Assembly (NCBI GenBank): GCA_964428315.1
Contig: CAYRXT010000007.1
Location: 5,407-69,406 of the forward strand
Direction: 5' to 3'
Source: an uncultured Planctomycetales bacterium
Lineage (GTDB): Bacteria; Omnitrophota; Gorgyraeia; Zapsychrales; CAYRXT01
Length of the DNA: 64,000 bases
Made by a program: the position numbers and the translations under genes. The notes under the pieces are model-generated. The model had not been told where the DNA came from and made no database searches. It saw nothing but the letters and a program-made list of their open reading frames with translations. Position 1 is the stretch's first letter, and each line of letters starts with the position of its first letter. Below are positions 37,904 to 51,145 of the stretch, one piece after another.

Positions 37904-39581
37904 AGGCCTCCTCCGGCAAAGTGTCAAGATATCTTATGACATCCCCCGCCACTTTCCGAAAGACCGGAGCCGCCACAGTGCCCCCGAAGTGATCCGGGTG
38001 CGGTTCGTCGAAAAGGACCACCATGGCGATCTGCGGATCCTCGACAGGCGCAAATCCGATAAATGTGGCATAAAACTTGGAGTGAGAATAAACGCCATCG
38101 ACCACTTTTTGGGCCGTGCCGGTTTTACCGGCCACGGGGATATCATCGATAGCTGCCCGGCGACCGGTTCCCTGCTTAACGACTCTTTGGAGTATCTTTT
38201 TCATACGCAGAGCCGTCGCCCGGCTGATCACCCTTCCTCGTTCACGTGGCTCATATGTTCTTATGACCTCACCCCGCTGATCTTGAATGTATTTTACCAC
38301 AAAAGGTTTCATGGAGAGGCCGTCATTGGCAACCGAGGCGACAGCGCAAACCAACTGAAGTGCCGTAACGGTGACCTCATGTCCGATGGGAACGGCTGCG
38401 ATCGAGACCCTGGACCAGCGCGACGGCGGCTTGACCACGCCTTCGACTTCACCCAGAAGGTCAATACCGGTTTGCTGGCCAAAGCGGAAAAACCTCGCGT
38501 ATTTATAGACCACATCACTTCCGAGGGCCTGAGCGATCTTTGTCACACCGATATTGCTGGACTGTTCAAACACCTCGCTGAAGGTCAGGGTGCCATGCGG
38601 CCTGTGATCATGCAGGATATGCGGTCCGACCCTGTAAGATCCTTGTTCGCAATAAAAGGTGTCTTCCTCGGTGAATTTCCCTTCCTCGAGAGCGGCAGCC
38701 ATTGCGACGATCTTGAAAACCGATCCGGGTTCATACATATCATGGATAGCGCGGTTGCGGCGGACATCCGCCTCGCTATTGCGCACATCTTCCAGATCAT
38801 AGGTCGGCCGGCTCGCCATGGCCAAAATCTCACCGGTCTTCGGGGCGATCATGACAAGCGCTGCCCCTTTGGCGTTATGTTGTTCAAAGGCTTCGTCTAA
38901 AGCACGCTCGGCCAAATACTGGATGGTCTCATCGATCGTAAGGACCAGATCCATTCCGTCTTTGGGCGGAAGAAAATCCTTTTCTATCATCAGTTCGCGA
39001 TGACGCGCATCTTTCAGAATACGCGTGAAGCCGGCGTTGCCTTTCAAGTAGCTGTTATACTGTTTCTCCAACCCCTCAAGGCCTTCGTTCTCCAGACCGG
39101 CAAATCCTATCACGTGCGCCGCCAGACTCTTGTTGGGATAATACCTTTTGCTCTCTTTTCTGAATCCCAGCCCCCGCAATTTTAAATGTTCAATCTCTTT
39201 GGCTTTCTGTGGGTTGAGTTTTCTTTTAAGCCATATGAAATATTTGTCCCGGTCAAGCCGCTCGCGCAGGTATGTTCCGCTTACATCCAGGACCTCCGGC
39301 AAACTCTCGATCACCTCCTCTTTATCCTGATGACGCATCGTCTTCGGCTGGGCGTAAAGGGAATAGGCCGCCACGTTCAAGGCCATGGGTTTTCCGTTCC
39401 GGTCGTAAATGGTTCCCCGTTTGGGCTCCAGCTGGATAAAAAAGTTGTGCTGTCTTTGCGCCAACTTCGCCAGATGCTCCGAACGGAAGACCTGGATCAA
39501 AACCAGACGGACGCCAAAATAAAAAAGACAGAAGATAAGGCATAAAAATACGAGGATAAACCGTAAAGAGCGTTTATTCAT
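37881..39581 (-). CDS. ftsI: Class B penicillin-binding protein
   Basis: RGTIYDRNG, EPGSVFK (SxxK), SSN and KTGT; position in the dcw cluster. Confidence 0.93.
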   Translation of the reverse strand: MNKRSLRFILVFLCLIFCLFYFGVRLVLIQVFRSEHLAKLAQRQHNFFIQLEPKRGTIYDRNGKPMALNVAAYSLYAQPKTMRHQDKEEVIESLPEVLDVSGTYLRERLDRDKYFIWLKRKLNPQKAKEIEHLKLRGLGFRKESKRYYPNKSLAAHVIGFAGLENEGLEGLEKQYNSYLKGNAGFTRILKDARHRELMIEKDFLPPKDGMDLVLTIDETIQYLAERALDEAFEQHNAKGAALVMIAPKTGEILAMASRPTYDLEDVRNSEADVRRNRAIHDMYEPGSVFKIVAMAAALEEGKFTEEDTFYCEQGSYRVGPHILHDHRPHGTLTFSEVFEQSSNIGVTKIAQALGSDVVYKYARFFRFGQQTGIDLLGEVEGVVKPPSRWSRVSIAAVPIGHEVTVTALQLVCAVASVANDGLSMKPFVVKYIQDQRGEVIRTYEPRERGRVISRATALRMKKILQRVVKQGTGRRAAIDDIPVAGKTGTAQKVVDGVYSHSKFYATFIGFAPVEDPQIAMVVLFDEPHPDHFGGTVAAPVFRKVAGDVIRYLDTLPEEAYASEGPH

Positions 39582-39660
39582 GGATGGAGGCCAAGGACTG
39601 TACTCAGGATCACTTTTGACTCAAAAATCGGAATGCCTGATGGAATAATGGACGATCGGA

Positions 39661-40047
39661 CTATTTGCGAACGGTCCGGGCTTCAGCCTGAGCCTTCAGG
39701 GAGAACAAGTTCGAGAGAAATGCCAGTCCCCGATTCCTTTGACGGGAGAAGGCCAACGCCTTCTGTTCTGTTTCTTTCGCGGGTGTTGTGACCAAAACGA
39801 TTTGCGTCCTTTCCATGAACTGCATTTCCGAATCTTCGTTCAACAGCTTTACGCCGAGATGGTTCGCTGATTTCAACGCGCAGATGTTATACATGACATC
39901 ACCGTTGTCGTCTTTTAACCGCTGAATGATTTTTTCCCTTTGTTTCCCCTGATAGGCGAGATGGAAGATCTGGACCTGAAGCTGGATATAAACCAAGGCC
40001 GTTAACGTGATCCCTATCATAAAAATAAGAAATTTGGATAATCTCAT
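39661..40047 (-). CDS. FtsL-like bitopic protein
   Basis: Small, one TM segment plus heptad-like stretch, located between rsmH and ftsI. Confidence 0.6.
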   Translation of the reverse strand: MRLSKFLIFMIGITLTALVYIQLQVQIFHLAYQGKQREKIIQRLKDDNGDVMYNICALKSANHLGVKLLNEDSEMQFMERTQIVLVTTPAKETEQKALAFSRQRNRGLAFLSNLFSLKAQAEARTVRK

Positions 40048-40949
40048 GATATCCTTTCTGCGGCACGAAAGCGTGCACTTCTTGAACGTGGGTTGCTTTG
40101 CAATTCTCGGGGATCGGGTCGCAAAGGCTTCTTCGTTATCGTCCTTAACGTTCCCTGCTGGATCAAGTGGCGGAATCTCTGCTTCACCATCCTGTCTTCC
40201 AGGGAATGAAAGGCGATCACCCCAATCCTCCCCCCTTCTTTGAGAAGTGCGACGGCCTTGTCCAGCCCCAGATCCAACGCCTCTAATTCGCGGTTGACGG
40301 CAATCCGGAAAGCCTGGAATGTCCTTGTCGCAGGATGAATGCGTGACCGCTGATAACGCTGGGGAATGGCCTGAAGAACGATTTCCGTCAAATCATGCGT
40401 TGATTCAATGGGACGCCTCTCTCTGTGCCGAACAATGTAATGCGCAATACGATGATGCCAGCGTTCTTCCCCGTAATTCTTCAAGATATAGACTATCTCC
40501 CGTTCGGAAAGCGAATTGACCAAATCGAAGGCCGTGATGAATCCGTCCTGGTCCATGCGCATGTCCAGGGGGCCCTGTTCACGCAGACTGAATCCTCTGT
40601 CGGGCCTGTCAAGCTGAAAACTGGAAAGGCCAAGATCAAACAGGATAACATCGACTTTTTTGTATCCGGCCCTGGCCACGATTACGTCGATATCACGAAA
40701 ATCTCCTTTGAACAGTTTGACAGGCACAGACAATGCCTTCAGCCGTTTCTCGGCCAGATGCAGCGATCGTCCGTCTCGGTCCAGGCCGATGATCTGTCCC
40801 CGTGACGACAGCCGGCCGGCAATGGCGCGGGCGTGACCTCCTGTGCCGAGCGTGCAATCCACAACGCAATCCCCCGGCCGCGGATCCAGACACCGCAGGA
40901 CCTCGTCGACCATGACGGGAATATGGATTGTCTCCTCTTCCATGGACAA
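40044..40949 (-). CDS. rsmH: 16S rRNA m4C1402 methyltransferase
   Basis: HIPVM, DCTLGTGGH, GPLDMRMD, FHSLEDR and NPRSRSA. Confidence 0.97.
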   Translation of the reverse strand: MSMEEETIHIPVMVDEVLRCLDPRPGDCVVDCTLGTGGHARAIAGRLSSRGQIIGLDRDGRSLHLAEKRLKALSVPVKLFKGDFRDIDVIVARAGYKKVDVILFDLGLSSFQLDRPDRGFSLREQGPLDMRMDQDGFITAFDLVNSLSEREIVYILKNYGEERWHHRIAHYIVRHRERRPIESTHDLTEIVLQAIPQRYQRSRIHPATRTFQAFRIAVNRELEALDLGLDKAVALLKEGGRIGVIAFHSLEDRMVKQRFRHLIQQGTLRTITKKPLRPDPRELQSNPRSRSARFRAAERIS

Positions 40950-41005
40950 GATATGAATCTTCTCCCCCTTGTCTATTACGAAAACAGGATGAATACGGAA
41001 CCGGC

Positions 41006-41446
41006 TTACTCGCTTTCGAAGATCTTCTCGGCAATCTCTTCAAACACGGCGGCTGAATTCGTATACATAGACCGCCAGGCGTCCGTATCCCAGATCTCGA
41101 TGCGGTTGGAAAGACCGATGAGCGTAGTCTCCTTCTTGATGCCCGCGAATTCCTTCAAGAATGTCGGGATAATGAAACGCCCCTGCCTGTCAGGAACCAC
41201 ATCGGCCGCGCCGGAGAAAAACATCCGGTGAAACGTTCTGGTTTGCTGTTTAGTAAACGAAAGGTTTTTGAACTTCTGTTCCTGAAGACGCCATTCGTCT
41301 TCGGTGAACATGAAGACGCATTTATCCAGACCGCGGGTGAGAAAAAATCGTTCTATGCCGTATTCTTTGGCAGAATCCCGAAAGCGGGCCGGCAGAATTA
41401 AGCGGCCCTTTCGGTCGAGATGATGCGAATATTCTCCATAAAACAT
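41006..41446 (-). CDS. mraZ: Transcriptional regulator MraZ
   Basis: MFYGEY, DRKGRL, DRQGRF and RIEIWD. Confidence 0.97.
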   Translation of the reverse strand: MFYGEYSHHLDRKGRLILPARFRDSAKEYGIERFFLTRGLDKCVFMFTEDEWRLQEQKFKNLSFTKQQTRTFHRMFFSGAADVVPDRQGRFIIPTFLKEFAGIKKETTLIGLSNRIEIWDTDAWRSMYTNSAAVFEEIAEKIFESE

Positions 41447-41464
41447 GACGGTCCCAAGATGTTA

Positions 41465-41493
41465 AACCACTTTCCACCACTTTACCCCACTCT
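41465..41493 (-). promoter_or_regulatory. MraZ-binding direct repeats (three GTGG boxes, 10-nt period)
   Basis: Minus strand AGAGTGGGGTAAAGTGGTGGAAAGTGGTT; CCAC at 41467, 41477 and 41487. Confidence 0.85.
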
Positions 41494-41499
41494 ATGGGC

Positions 41500-41528
41500 A
41501 GTATAGTGAACCCCTCTCCTTTTGTCAA
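41500..41528 (-). promoter_or_regulatory. dcw promoter TTGACA-N17-TATACT
   Basis: Near-consensus sigma70 boxes immediately upstream of the MraZ boxes. Confidence 0.85.
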
Positions 41529-41633
41529 TCTGCAAATGGCATATTTTGACGGAAGGACAAAAAGTAAAAAAACCAGTGTAACGTTCAATGAAGGTTAACT
41601 AAAGGGGGAAATCTGAAAGGGGGTTTCTATAAC

Positions 41634-42590
41634 TTAAGCATTATTAATAAGATGGATCAATTTACATTCTTTGACACATCGCTTGACTTTGCGGATATCC
41701 CGTTCAATCTGCCGTATGAGAGAGTTTTCATTTTGGAAGACTCTTTCCTCTCTGATCTTCTTATAAAAAAGGACCTCTATCCATTGTTGGTATAAGCTAT
41801 CCTGAAGATCAAAGATATGCACTTCCACTACGGGCCGGGCACCACGCCGGCTAAACGACGGGCGAGATCCGACATTCGCGATACCCCATAACTTGCTTTT
41901 TTTCCATATCACCGAAACACAATAGACGCCAAAAGGCGGCAATATCTCTTCGGTCGGCACGAGGTTTGCCGTCGGAAAGCCTAACCGGGTTCCCCGGCGT
42001 TCTCCTCTTTCAACCCGACCCCAGATGGACGGCGGCCGGCCCAAGAGGGATCCCGCCTGTCCGAGTTTTCCTTCAGCGATCAACCTCCTTATCTTGCTGC
42101 TACTGATCACCGCGCGGCCTTTGCGGACGGGGCTCATGCTGTTAACCGTAATTCCGGCCGCCTCAAGGCGTTGCTTCAACATGGAGATATCGCCACGGCG
42201 TTCCCGTCCGAAACGAAAGTCATATCCCACATAGATTGAGTGCGGATTAAGCCTTCGCATCACATGCTCAATAAATCGCTCCGCCGTGAGCCGGGAAAAA
42301 GACTTGGTGAACCTCATAACAAGACACACGTCCACTCCCAGATAGGCAATCAGTTGAAGTCTGTGCGCAAGCGAAACGATCAGCGGCGGGGACTGGCGGG
42401 GACACACTACGGTCAAAGGATGCGGATAAAAAGTCATAACGACGGCCTGTCGGCCGCTCCGGCGCGCCCGTCGCCGCATAGTCCTGATGATGTGTTGATG
42501 GCCGACGTGAACACCGTCGAAAACACCGATGGCCAGACACGGCCTGTTCAGTCTTACCTTAGTGAGAGAATTGCCGTAAATGACTTTCAT
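41634..42590 (-). CDS. ribF: Bifunctional riboflavin kinase / FAD synthetase
   Basis: GVFDGVHVGH, ISSSKIR, GFPTAN and EVHIFD. Start moved to ATG 42590. Confidence 0.95.
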   Translation of the reverse strand: MKVIYGNSLTKVRLNRPCLAIGVFDGVHVGHQHIIRTMRRRARRSGRQAVVMTFYPHPLTVVCPRQSPPLIVSLAHRLQLIAYLGVDVCLVMRFTKSFSRLTAERFIEHVMRRLNPHSIYVGYDFRFGRERRGDISMLKQRLEAAGITVNSMSPVRKGRAVISSSKIRRLIAEGKLGQAGSLLGRPPSIWGRVERGERRGTRLGFPTANLVPTEEILPPFGVYCVSVIWKKSKLWGIANVGSRPSFSRRGARPVVEVHIFDLQDSLYQQWIEVLFYKKIREERVFQNENSLIRQIERDIRKVKRCVKECKLIHLINNA

Positions 42591-43221
42591 TGACATTGTC
42601 CAAAGAAACAGCGTCCTTGAGAGTGTAGGGACCAACACGGGTGCGTTTGATTTGGACAATGCATCCTCCGCATCCGCACATCTCCCCCGCATCTTCGGCA
42701 ATCTTGCGGACATAGGTCCCCTTTGAGCATTCAAGGATAAAGCGGACGTCCGGCGGGACAAAGTCCAGCACCCTCAAGCTGTGGATACGGACCCGCCGTG
42801 GGGCGCGCTTCACCTCGATGCCCTTCCGGGCCAGCTTGTAGAGACGTTGTCCCTGAATTTTAACGGCCGAATACATCGGCGGAACCTGCTCGATCTCACC
42901 GGTCATGTCTTTAAATATTTTTTCGATTTGTTCCCGGCCGACATGGGCATAGGACGCCGTACGGGTCACCTTCCCGTTAATGTCTGCCGAATCGGTGGTC
43001 ATCCCCAGACGCAATACGGCCTCATAGGCCTTATCCATATTCACGAACCGTCCGAAAAGTTTTGTCGATTGGCCAACGAGAACAATGAGGATGCCGGTCG
43101 CTAAGGGGTCAAGGGTCCCGGCATGACCCACCCGGCGCATTTTAAATTTCCTGCGAACTCGGTCGACGACGTCATGCGACGTCAACCGGATCGGTTTGTC
43201 CACAACGAGAATCCCTTCCAT
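42559..43221 (-). CDS. truB: tRNA pseudouridine(55) synthase
   Basis: GHAGTLDPLATG, PPMYSAVK and CSKGTYVR. Confidence 0.97.
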   Translation of the reverse strand: MEGILVVDKPIRLTSHDVVDRVRRKFKMRRVGHAGTLDPLATGILIVLVGQSTKLFGRFVNMDKAYEAVLRLGMTTDSADINGKVTRTASYAHVGREQIEKIFKDMTGEIEQVPPMYSAVKIQGQRLYKLARKGIEVKRAPRRVRIHSLRVLDFVPPDVRFILECSKGTYVRKIAEDAGEMCGCGGCIVQIKRTRVGPYTLKDAVSLDNVNESHLRQFSH

Positions 43222-44193
43222 CTATTTCTCCAGTATCTTGTCAAGCTTACGGTGAACGCGCGCCTTGGCCTCGGGAAGCGTGGTCTGCAGGGAACAACCG
43301 CTGGCCCTTTTGTGGCCGCCGCCGCCGAAAAAAGCCGCCAGCCGGGCCACATCAACCTTCTGTTGAGAACGGAAATTCACCCTCGTGAAGCGCCTCTCTT
43401 CCTCAGTAAAGATGATAATGACTTCAATGCCTTTTATGGCGCGCAGAAAGGTAAAAATCCTGTCACGCAGGTCAAAATGGGAGGAAAACTTGTCAATGTC
43501 TTTCTGTTGAAGGACAACCGTCACCGCCCGTCCGCGATGGCTGATCTCGAAAGAATTGACAAGTTTTGAAAAAACCCGGAAGTCCTCCAGCGGGATGCGT
43601 TCGTAGATTTGGTGGTATATGCTCTGAACCGAAAATCTGAATTGCATGAGTTCGCTGACAACTCGGTGCGTCTGGGCCGTCGTACTGTCGTATCGAAAAG
43701 AACCGGTATCGGTCATGATACCCATATAAAGCTGTTTGGCGATTGTGGCGTTTATCCTGAAGCCCGCTTTCTTCAAAAGAAGGTGCACGACTTCAGCCGT
43801 CGAAGACGCCCCTTGCTCAACCAGATTAATATGTCCGAATCCCGTGTTGGTCAGATGATGGTCAATATTGACCACGGGGACGTTTTCGTCAATCAGTTGT
43901 CTGACACGGCCAATCCGGTTCAAGTCCCCGCAATCCACAATCACCGCCGCATCAAAAGGGGCCATCCGTCTTGGCCGGTAAGTCCGAATGGCGCGGATAC
44001 CGGGTATAAAATCATACATCCCTTCATTACGTTCCTCATTGACAATAACAGCCGTCTTGTGCATTGAGCGCAAAAAAGCCGCCATGACAAGTTCGGAACT
44101 CAAGGCGTCGATATCGGGGCGCACGTGTGAACTGATGAGGAACCTGCGGTATTTCGGGTCACGCAACATCCTGATAGCCCCGGACATGCTCAT
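43222..44193 (-). CDS. nrnA: DHH/DHHA1 phosphoesterase (NrnA-like)
   Basis: PDIDAL, NIDHH, TDTGSF and GGGGHKRASG. Confidence 0.88.
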   Translation of the reverse strand: MSMSGAIRMLRDPKYRRFLISSHVRPDIDALSSELVMAAFLRSMHKTAVIVNEERNEGMYDFIPGIRAIRTYRPRRMAPFDAAVIVDCGDLNRIGRVRQLIDENVPVVNIDHHLTNTGFGHINLVEQGASSTAEVVHLLLKKAGFRINATIAKQLYMGIMTDTGSFRYDSTTAQTHRVVSELMQFRFSVQSIYHQIYERIPLEDFRVFSKLVNSFEISHRGRAVTVVLQQKDIDKFSSHFDLRDRIFTFLRAIKGIEVIIIFTEEERRFTRVNFRSQQKVDVARLAAFFGGGGHKRASGCSLQTTLPEAKARVHRKLDKILEK

Positions 44194-44564
44194 CCTGCCT
44201 CTCCCTTCGAACTGCCGCCTTCATCTTGGTGTTGACGGATGTCCTGCATCACCTTTTCCAAACGCAAGCGGTCTTCAAGAGATTGATCAAAAATGAAATT
44301 CAGCTGCGGGATATACCTCAAACGAACCCGCTGTCCCACCAAGCGGCGGATATATCCGCTGGCCCTGCTCAGCCCCTTCTGCGTTTCTTTGATCTGAGAC
44401 TCTTGTCCCAAGACGGTAAAAAACACCTTGGCGTGTTGAAGGTCTTTGCTCACCTCGACGCGCGTGATGGTGACGAAACCCAGGCGGGGATCCCGCACCT
44501 CCGTCTGCACGATATCAGAAAGTTCCTTTTTTACTGTTTGATTAACCCGTTCAATCCTGCTCAT
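44190..44564 (-). CDS. rbfA: Ribosome-binding factor A
   Basis: DPRLGFVTITRVEVSKDL and LRYIPQLNFIFD. Confidence 0.96.
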   Translation of the reverse strand: MSRIERVNQTVKKELSDIVQTEVRDPRLGFVTITRVEVSKDLQHAKVFFTVLGQESQIKETQKGLSRASGYIRRLVGQRVRLRYIPQLNFIFDQSLEDRLRLEKVMQDIRQHQDEGGSSKGEAG

Positions 44565-44574
44565 GGTCGTTCCT

Positions 44575-45849
44575 TCACCGTTCGTGAATTAACTGTCTGG
44601 CAAGCTGCCTTTCTTCCCTTTTTGTGGCAATCTTCCCGTTTAGGCGCGCATGGAGAACAATCTTCAGGATCTCTCCGATTTTCTTTCCGGGATAAACACC
44701 CATGGCCTGGATATCCCGGCCGTCAAGTTTGAGAGTTATGCGCCTGTCCTGAATCAGGTATCGGTCAATGAGCCGTTTCACTTTTCGTTCAACTGCCATG
44801 ACCCTGAAATAGATGACCGTTTCCAATCCGTAGGGTCCCAGGATCTCGAAGACCTCGCTCGGTTTTATCCGGCGGACCTTCAATTTCCGATAGACGTCCT
44901 CGGCCTTGAAGCTCGTTATCACATTTTGGCATTCCCGGCGGTTAAGCTGTAAGCGACGGGCCAGAGACTCAGCGGCGCGTACAGGTAGTTTTCTCAGAAG
45001 GATCATCAGATAGACCTGCCAGAACGCCATCTGCTCTTTAAACCGGGGATCACCCCGCAGGCGTCCGAGACAAAGCTCGGCCTTCCGGAGCGCCCGGAGG
45101 TCGGAAGCGTTCATTGTATAACGCTCATGGATAAATTTCAAGGCCCGCAACATGTGTAGCCGTTTGATACACTTTGAAGGCCGAGGTTCCGTCAGGATTT
45201 TTCTGAATTCATGAAAATACCTCGCCGGCTTGACATTGAGGTAGAGACGCCTGCGCACGGCCGACTTCAGGCATCCCAAGGTAAATGGTTCAATCAAGAA
45301 ATCGAAGCGTTGTTCAAAGCGTACGGCGCGCAGGATACGGGTAGGGTCGTCTTCGAAACTTCGCCTGTGCAAAATCCGAATCCGTCCCGCCTTAACGTCT
45401 TGGAGTCCCCCGAAGGCATCGATAATATGTCCGTATCGGCCTGGAGAAATATCCATGGCCAAGCCATTGATCGTAAAATCCCGGCGGAAGAGATCATCGC
45501 GAAGGGAGCCCGGGCTGACCACAGGGAGAGCCCCGGGGTGAGGATATGCCTCCTTGCGGGCCGAAGCCAGATCGATCCGCAGTCCCCGAGGGGTTTGCAA
45601 TGTTGCCGTTCCGAATTGACGGTGACAGAGAAGTTCCGCCTTCATTTCCCGACTCAAGGTCCAGGCCACCTTTGTAGCGTCGTCTTCAACGACGATGTCC
45701 ACGTCGACATTAGAGCGTCCCAGCAGAAGATCCCGGACGATCCCTCCCACCAGGAATGCACGGATACCCTCCCGGGCGGTGAGACGTCCGATCCTTTTGA
45801 TCACATCCTCAATTCGCGCATCGAGACATCCGGGGTGTGTTTTCTTCAT
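44575..45849 (-). CDS. Class II tRNA nucleotidyltransferase (CCA- or A-adding)
   Basis: LVGGIVRD, DVD, DLFRRDFTIN and DDPTRILRAVRFEQR. Confidence 0.88.
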   Translation of the reverse strand: MKKTHPGCLDARIEDVIKRIGRLTAREGIRAFLVGGIVRDLLLGRSNVDVDIVVEDDATKVAWTLSREMKAELLCHRQFGTATLQTPRGLRIDLASARKEAYPHPGALPVVSPGSLRDDLFRRDFTINGLAMDISPGRYGHIIDAFGGLQDVKAGRIRILHRRSFEDDPTRILRAVRFEQRFDFLIEPFTLGCLKSAVRRRLYLNVKPARYFHEFRKILTEPRPSKCIKRLHMLRALKFIHERYTMNASDLRALRKAELCLGRLRGDPRFKEQMAFWQVYLMILLRKLPVRAAESLARRLQLNRRECQNVITSFKAEDVYRKLKVRRIKPSEVFEILGPYGLETVIYFRVMAVERKVKRLIDRYLIQDRRITLKLDGRDIQAMGVYPGKKIGEILKIVLHARLNGKIATKREERQLARQLIHER

Positions 45850-45850
45850 A

Positions 45851-46738
45851 TCACGGGCGGGGATGAAATTTCTGGTGGATGGATTTCAACCGTTCCCTGT
45901 CCACATGCGTGTAAATCTGGGTCGTCGCAATGTCGGCGTGACCGAGCATCTCCTGCACAGAACGCAAATCCGCGCCGTGCTCCAAAAGATGGGTCGCAAA
46001 GGAATGCCTCAGCGTATGAGGCTTGATGACTTTTTTGACCCTCGCCCGGCGGGCATAATATTTAATGATCTTCCAGACACTTTGACGGCTGATCTTCTTC
46101 CCCAGACGGCTCACAAATAAGGCGTTGGTGAGCGTGTTCCTCGCCAGCCTCTTTCGCGCGTCCGAGAGATAACGTCTTAAAGCGCGGCAGGCCTTTTTGC
46201 CGATGGGCACAATCCTTTCCTTTCGGCCCTTTCCGATACAACGGACATACCCTATATCCAGATTAACGCTCTCCACTTTTAAATCCACCAGCTCCGAGAC
46301 CCTCATCCCGCTGGCATAAAGCATTTCAAGAATCGCGTGGTCACGGACTTGCTTCCAGCGTCTTCCATGAGCGGCTCCGATCATGGATTCTACTTCGGAA
46401 GACGTCAAAACATCCGGAACGCGCCTCCACATTTTCGGGGTCTCCACCAGGCTTGAGACATCCTCCTTCACCAGACGCTCCCTGGCAAGAAAACGGTGAA
46501 AGGTCTTAATCGCGGCCAGGGCCCGGTTAATGGTGGCAACCGCCCGCCCCTTTTCCTTCTGATTCTGCATGAACTCAACGATATCCTGTCTCTTGACGGG
46601 ATCCGCCTTTTCCATACCGCGACCCGCCAAAAACCGCGCGTACTTTTCCAGATCACGCCGGTAAGCCAACAGGGTGTTATTGGAAAGCCCCCGCTCGATG
46701 GAAAGGTAATCGAGAAACTGCTGGATAAGCTCTTTCAT
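45851..46738 (-). CDS. xerD: Tyrosine recombinase XerD
   Basis: ERGLSNNT..AY..DL, LYASGMRVSEL, HTLRHSFATHLL and LGHADIATTQIY. Confidence 0.92.
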   Translation of the reverse strand: MKELIQQFLDYLSIERGLSNNTLLAYRRDLEKYARFLAGRGMEKADPVKRQDIVEFMQNQKEKGRAVATINRALAAIKTFHRFLARERLVKEDVSSLVETPKMWRRVPDVLTSSEVESMIGAAHGRRWKQVRDHAILEMLYASGMRVSELVDLKVESVNLDIGYVRCIGKGRKERIVPIGKKACRALRRYLSDARKRLARNTLTNALFVSRLGKKISRQSVWKIIKYYARRARVKKVIKPHTLRHSFATHLLEHGADLRSVQEMLGHADIATTQIYTHVDRERLKSIHQKFHPRP

Positions 46739-46741
46739 GGA

Positions 46742-50016
<3,275 letters not shown>

Positions 50017-50034
50017 TCACTCCACCGTGTGATT

Positions 50035-50304
50035 TTAAAACGTAATCTTGAACTCCTGATGCCTGTCCGAGGACTTTTCGAATCGGACGTCTTTGGACCG
50101 GATATAGCCATCAAAATGGTCCTCGATGTCCCGAATTGCCTGTTCGACCTTCTCCTGCGGGCCTTCCGCCACCATCTCCACCCTCCCGTCGGAAAGATTG
50201 CGAACCCATCCGGTCAGGCCGGATTCCTTCGCCACCTGACGGACGGTATAACGGAATCCAATTCCCTGAACCGTTCCTGAAAAAAATATGTGCGCCTGTA
50301 TCAT
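50035..50304 (-). CDS. acyP: Acylphosphatase
   Basis: GTVQGIGFR and GWVRNLSDGRVE. Start ATG 50304. Confidence 0.93.
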   Translation of the reverse strand: MIQAHIFFSGTVQGIGFRYTVRQVAKESGLTGWVRNLSDGRVEMVAEGPQEKVEQAIRDIEDHFDGYIRSKDVRFEKSSDRHQEFKITF

Positions 50305-50535
50305 GGGAAATTCGGATTGTCTATCGGTATTACGATCACGCAAGCAGGGTGCCAAGCTGGGAAGAAATAAATTTCTTTAAGCGGCTTTGATGCCGAAAAA
50401 ACTTGAGGCATGAACGCCGGATTATGTGCCGTCGTTTAGGTAAGTGATTCTCCGTCAAAAACTATCGCCCCGGCCCCGAAAGCAACTCTTACTATTACCG
50501 GAAGGCAGACCGGCCGGCATGGACCTTATCATATT

Positions 50536-50613
50536 TGGTCGGGGAGATGGGATTTGAACCCATGACCTCAACGTCCCGAACGTTGCGCGCTAGCCAAGCT
50601 GCGCTACTCCCCG
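50536..50613 (-). tRNA. tRNA-Pro(CGG), CCA encoded
   Basis: Acceptor CGGGGAG/CTCCCCG, anticodon arm CAACG-TTCGGGA-CGTTG, T loop TTCAAAT, 3' ACCA. Confidence 0.96.
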
Positions 50614-50693
50614 AATCATATTATTAAATTGTGTACCAGACCAAAGGAAAGCTTAGTTTATCATCTCCCGTAGTGCTCGTCAATTTCCGGAGA

Positions 50694-51131
50694 TCATTCA
50701 ATCTCCTTAACGCTAAAAACCACTTGCCCTTCGCACACGGTTTTTTCTCCCACAGTGGCCTTTGTCGTGATAATCCCCGTCCTGGCCATAAACTTGACAT
50801 GTCCGACTTCGATCCGCAGTTGATCACCGGGGACAACGGGCGCGGAGAACTTCGCCGTAACCTTGCCCAGATAATAGATCAGCTTCTTGCCGACAAGATT
50901 TTTTGAATAATAAAAATATATGCACCCCGCCTGGGCCATGGCCTCGACGATAAGCACGCCGGGCATCACTTTTTCTCCGGGGAAATGGCCTTCAAAAAAG
51001 TGTTCGTTCGCCGACACGTTCTTGACCGCGACCAGCCTTTCATTGGGCACAACCTCTTCAACGCGGTCAATAAGGATGAAGGGGAACCGGTGCGGTATAA
51101 TTTTTTGAATTTCGAGAATATCTAATGGCAT
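50694..51131 (-). CDS. fabZ: 3-hydroxyacyl-ACP dehydratase
   Basis: IPHRFPFILIDRV and GHFPG...MPGVLIVEAMAQ. Confidence 0.93.
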   Translation of the reverse strand: MPLDILEIQKIIPHRFPFILIDRVEEVVPNERLVAVKNVSANEHFFEGHFPGEKVMPGVLIVEAMAQAGCIYFYYSKNLVGKKLIYYLGKVTAKFSAPVVPGDQLRIEVGHVKFMARTGIITTKATVGEKTVCEGQVVFSVKEIE

Positions 51132-51145
51132 GCCATGTCCTTTCT

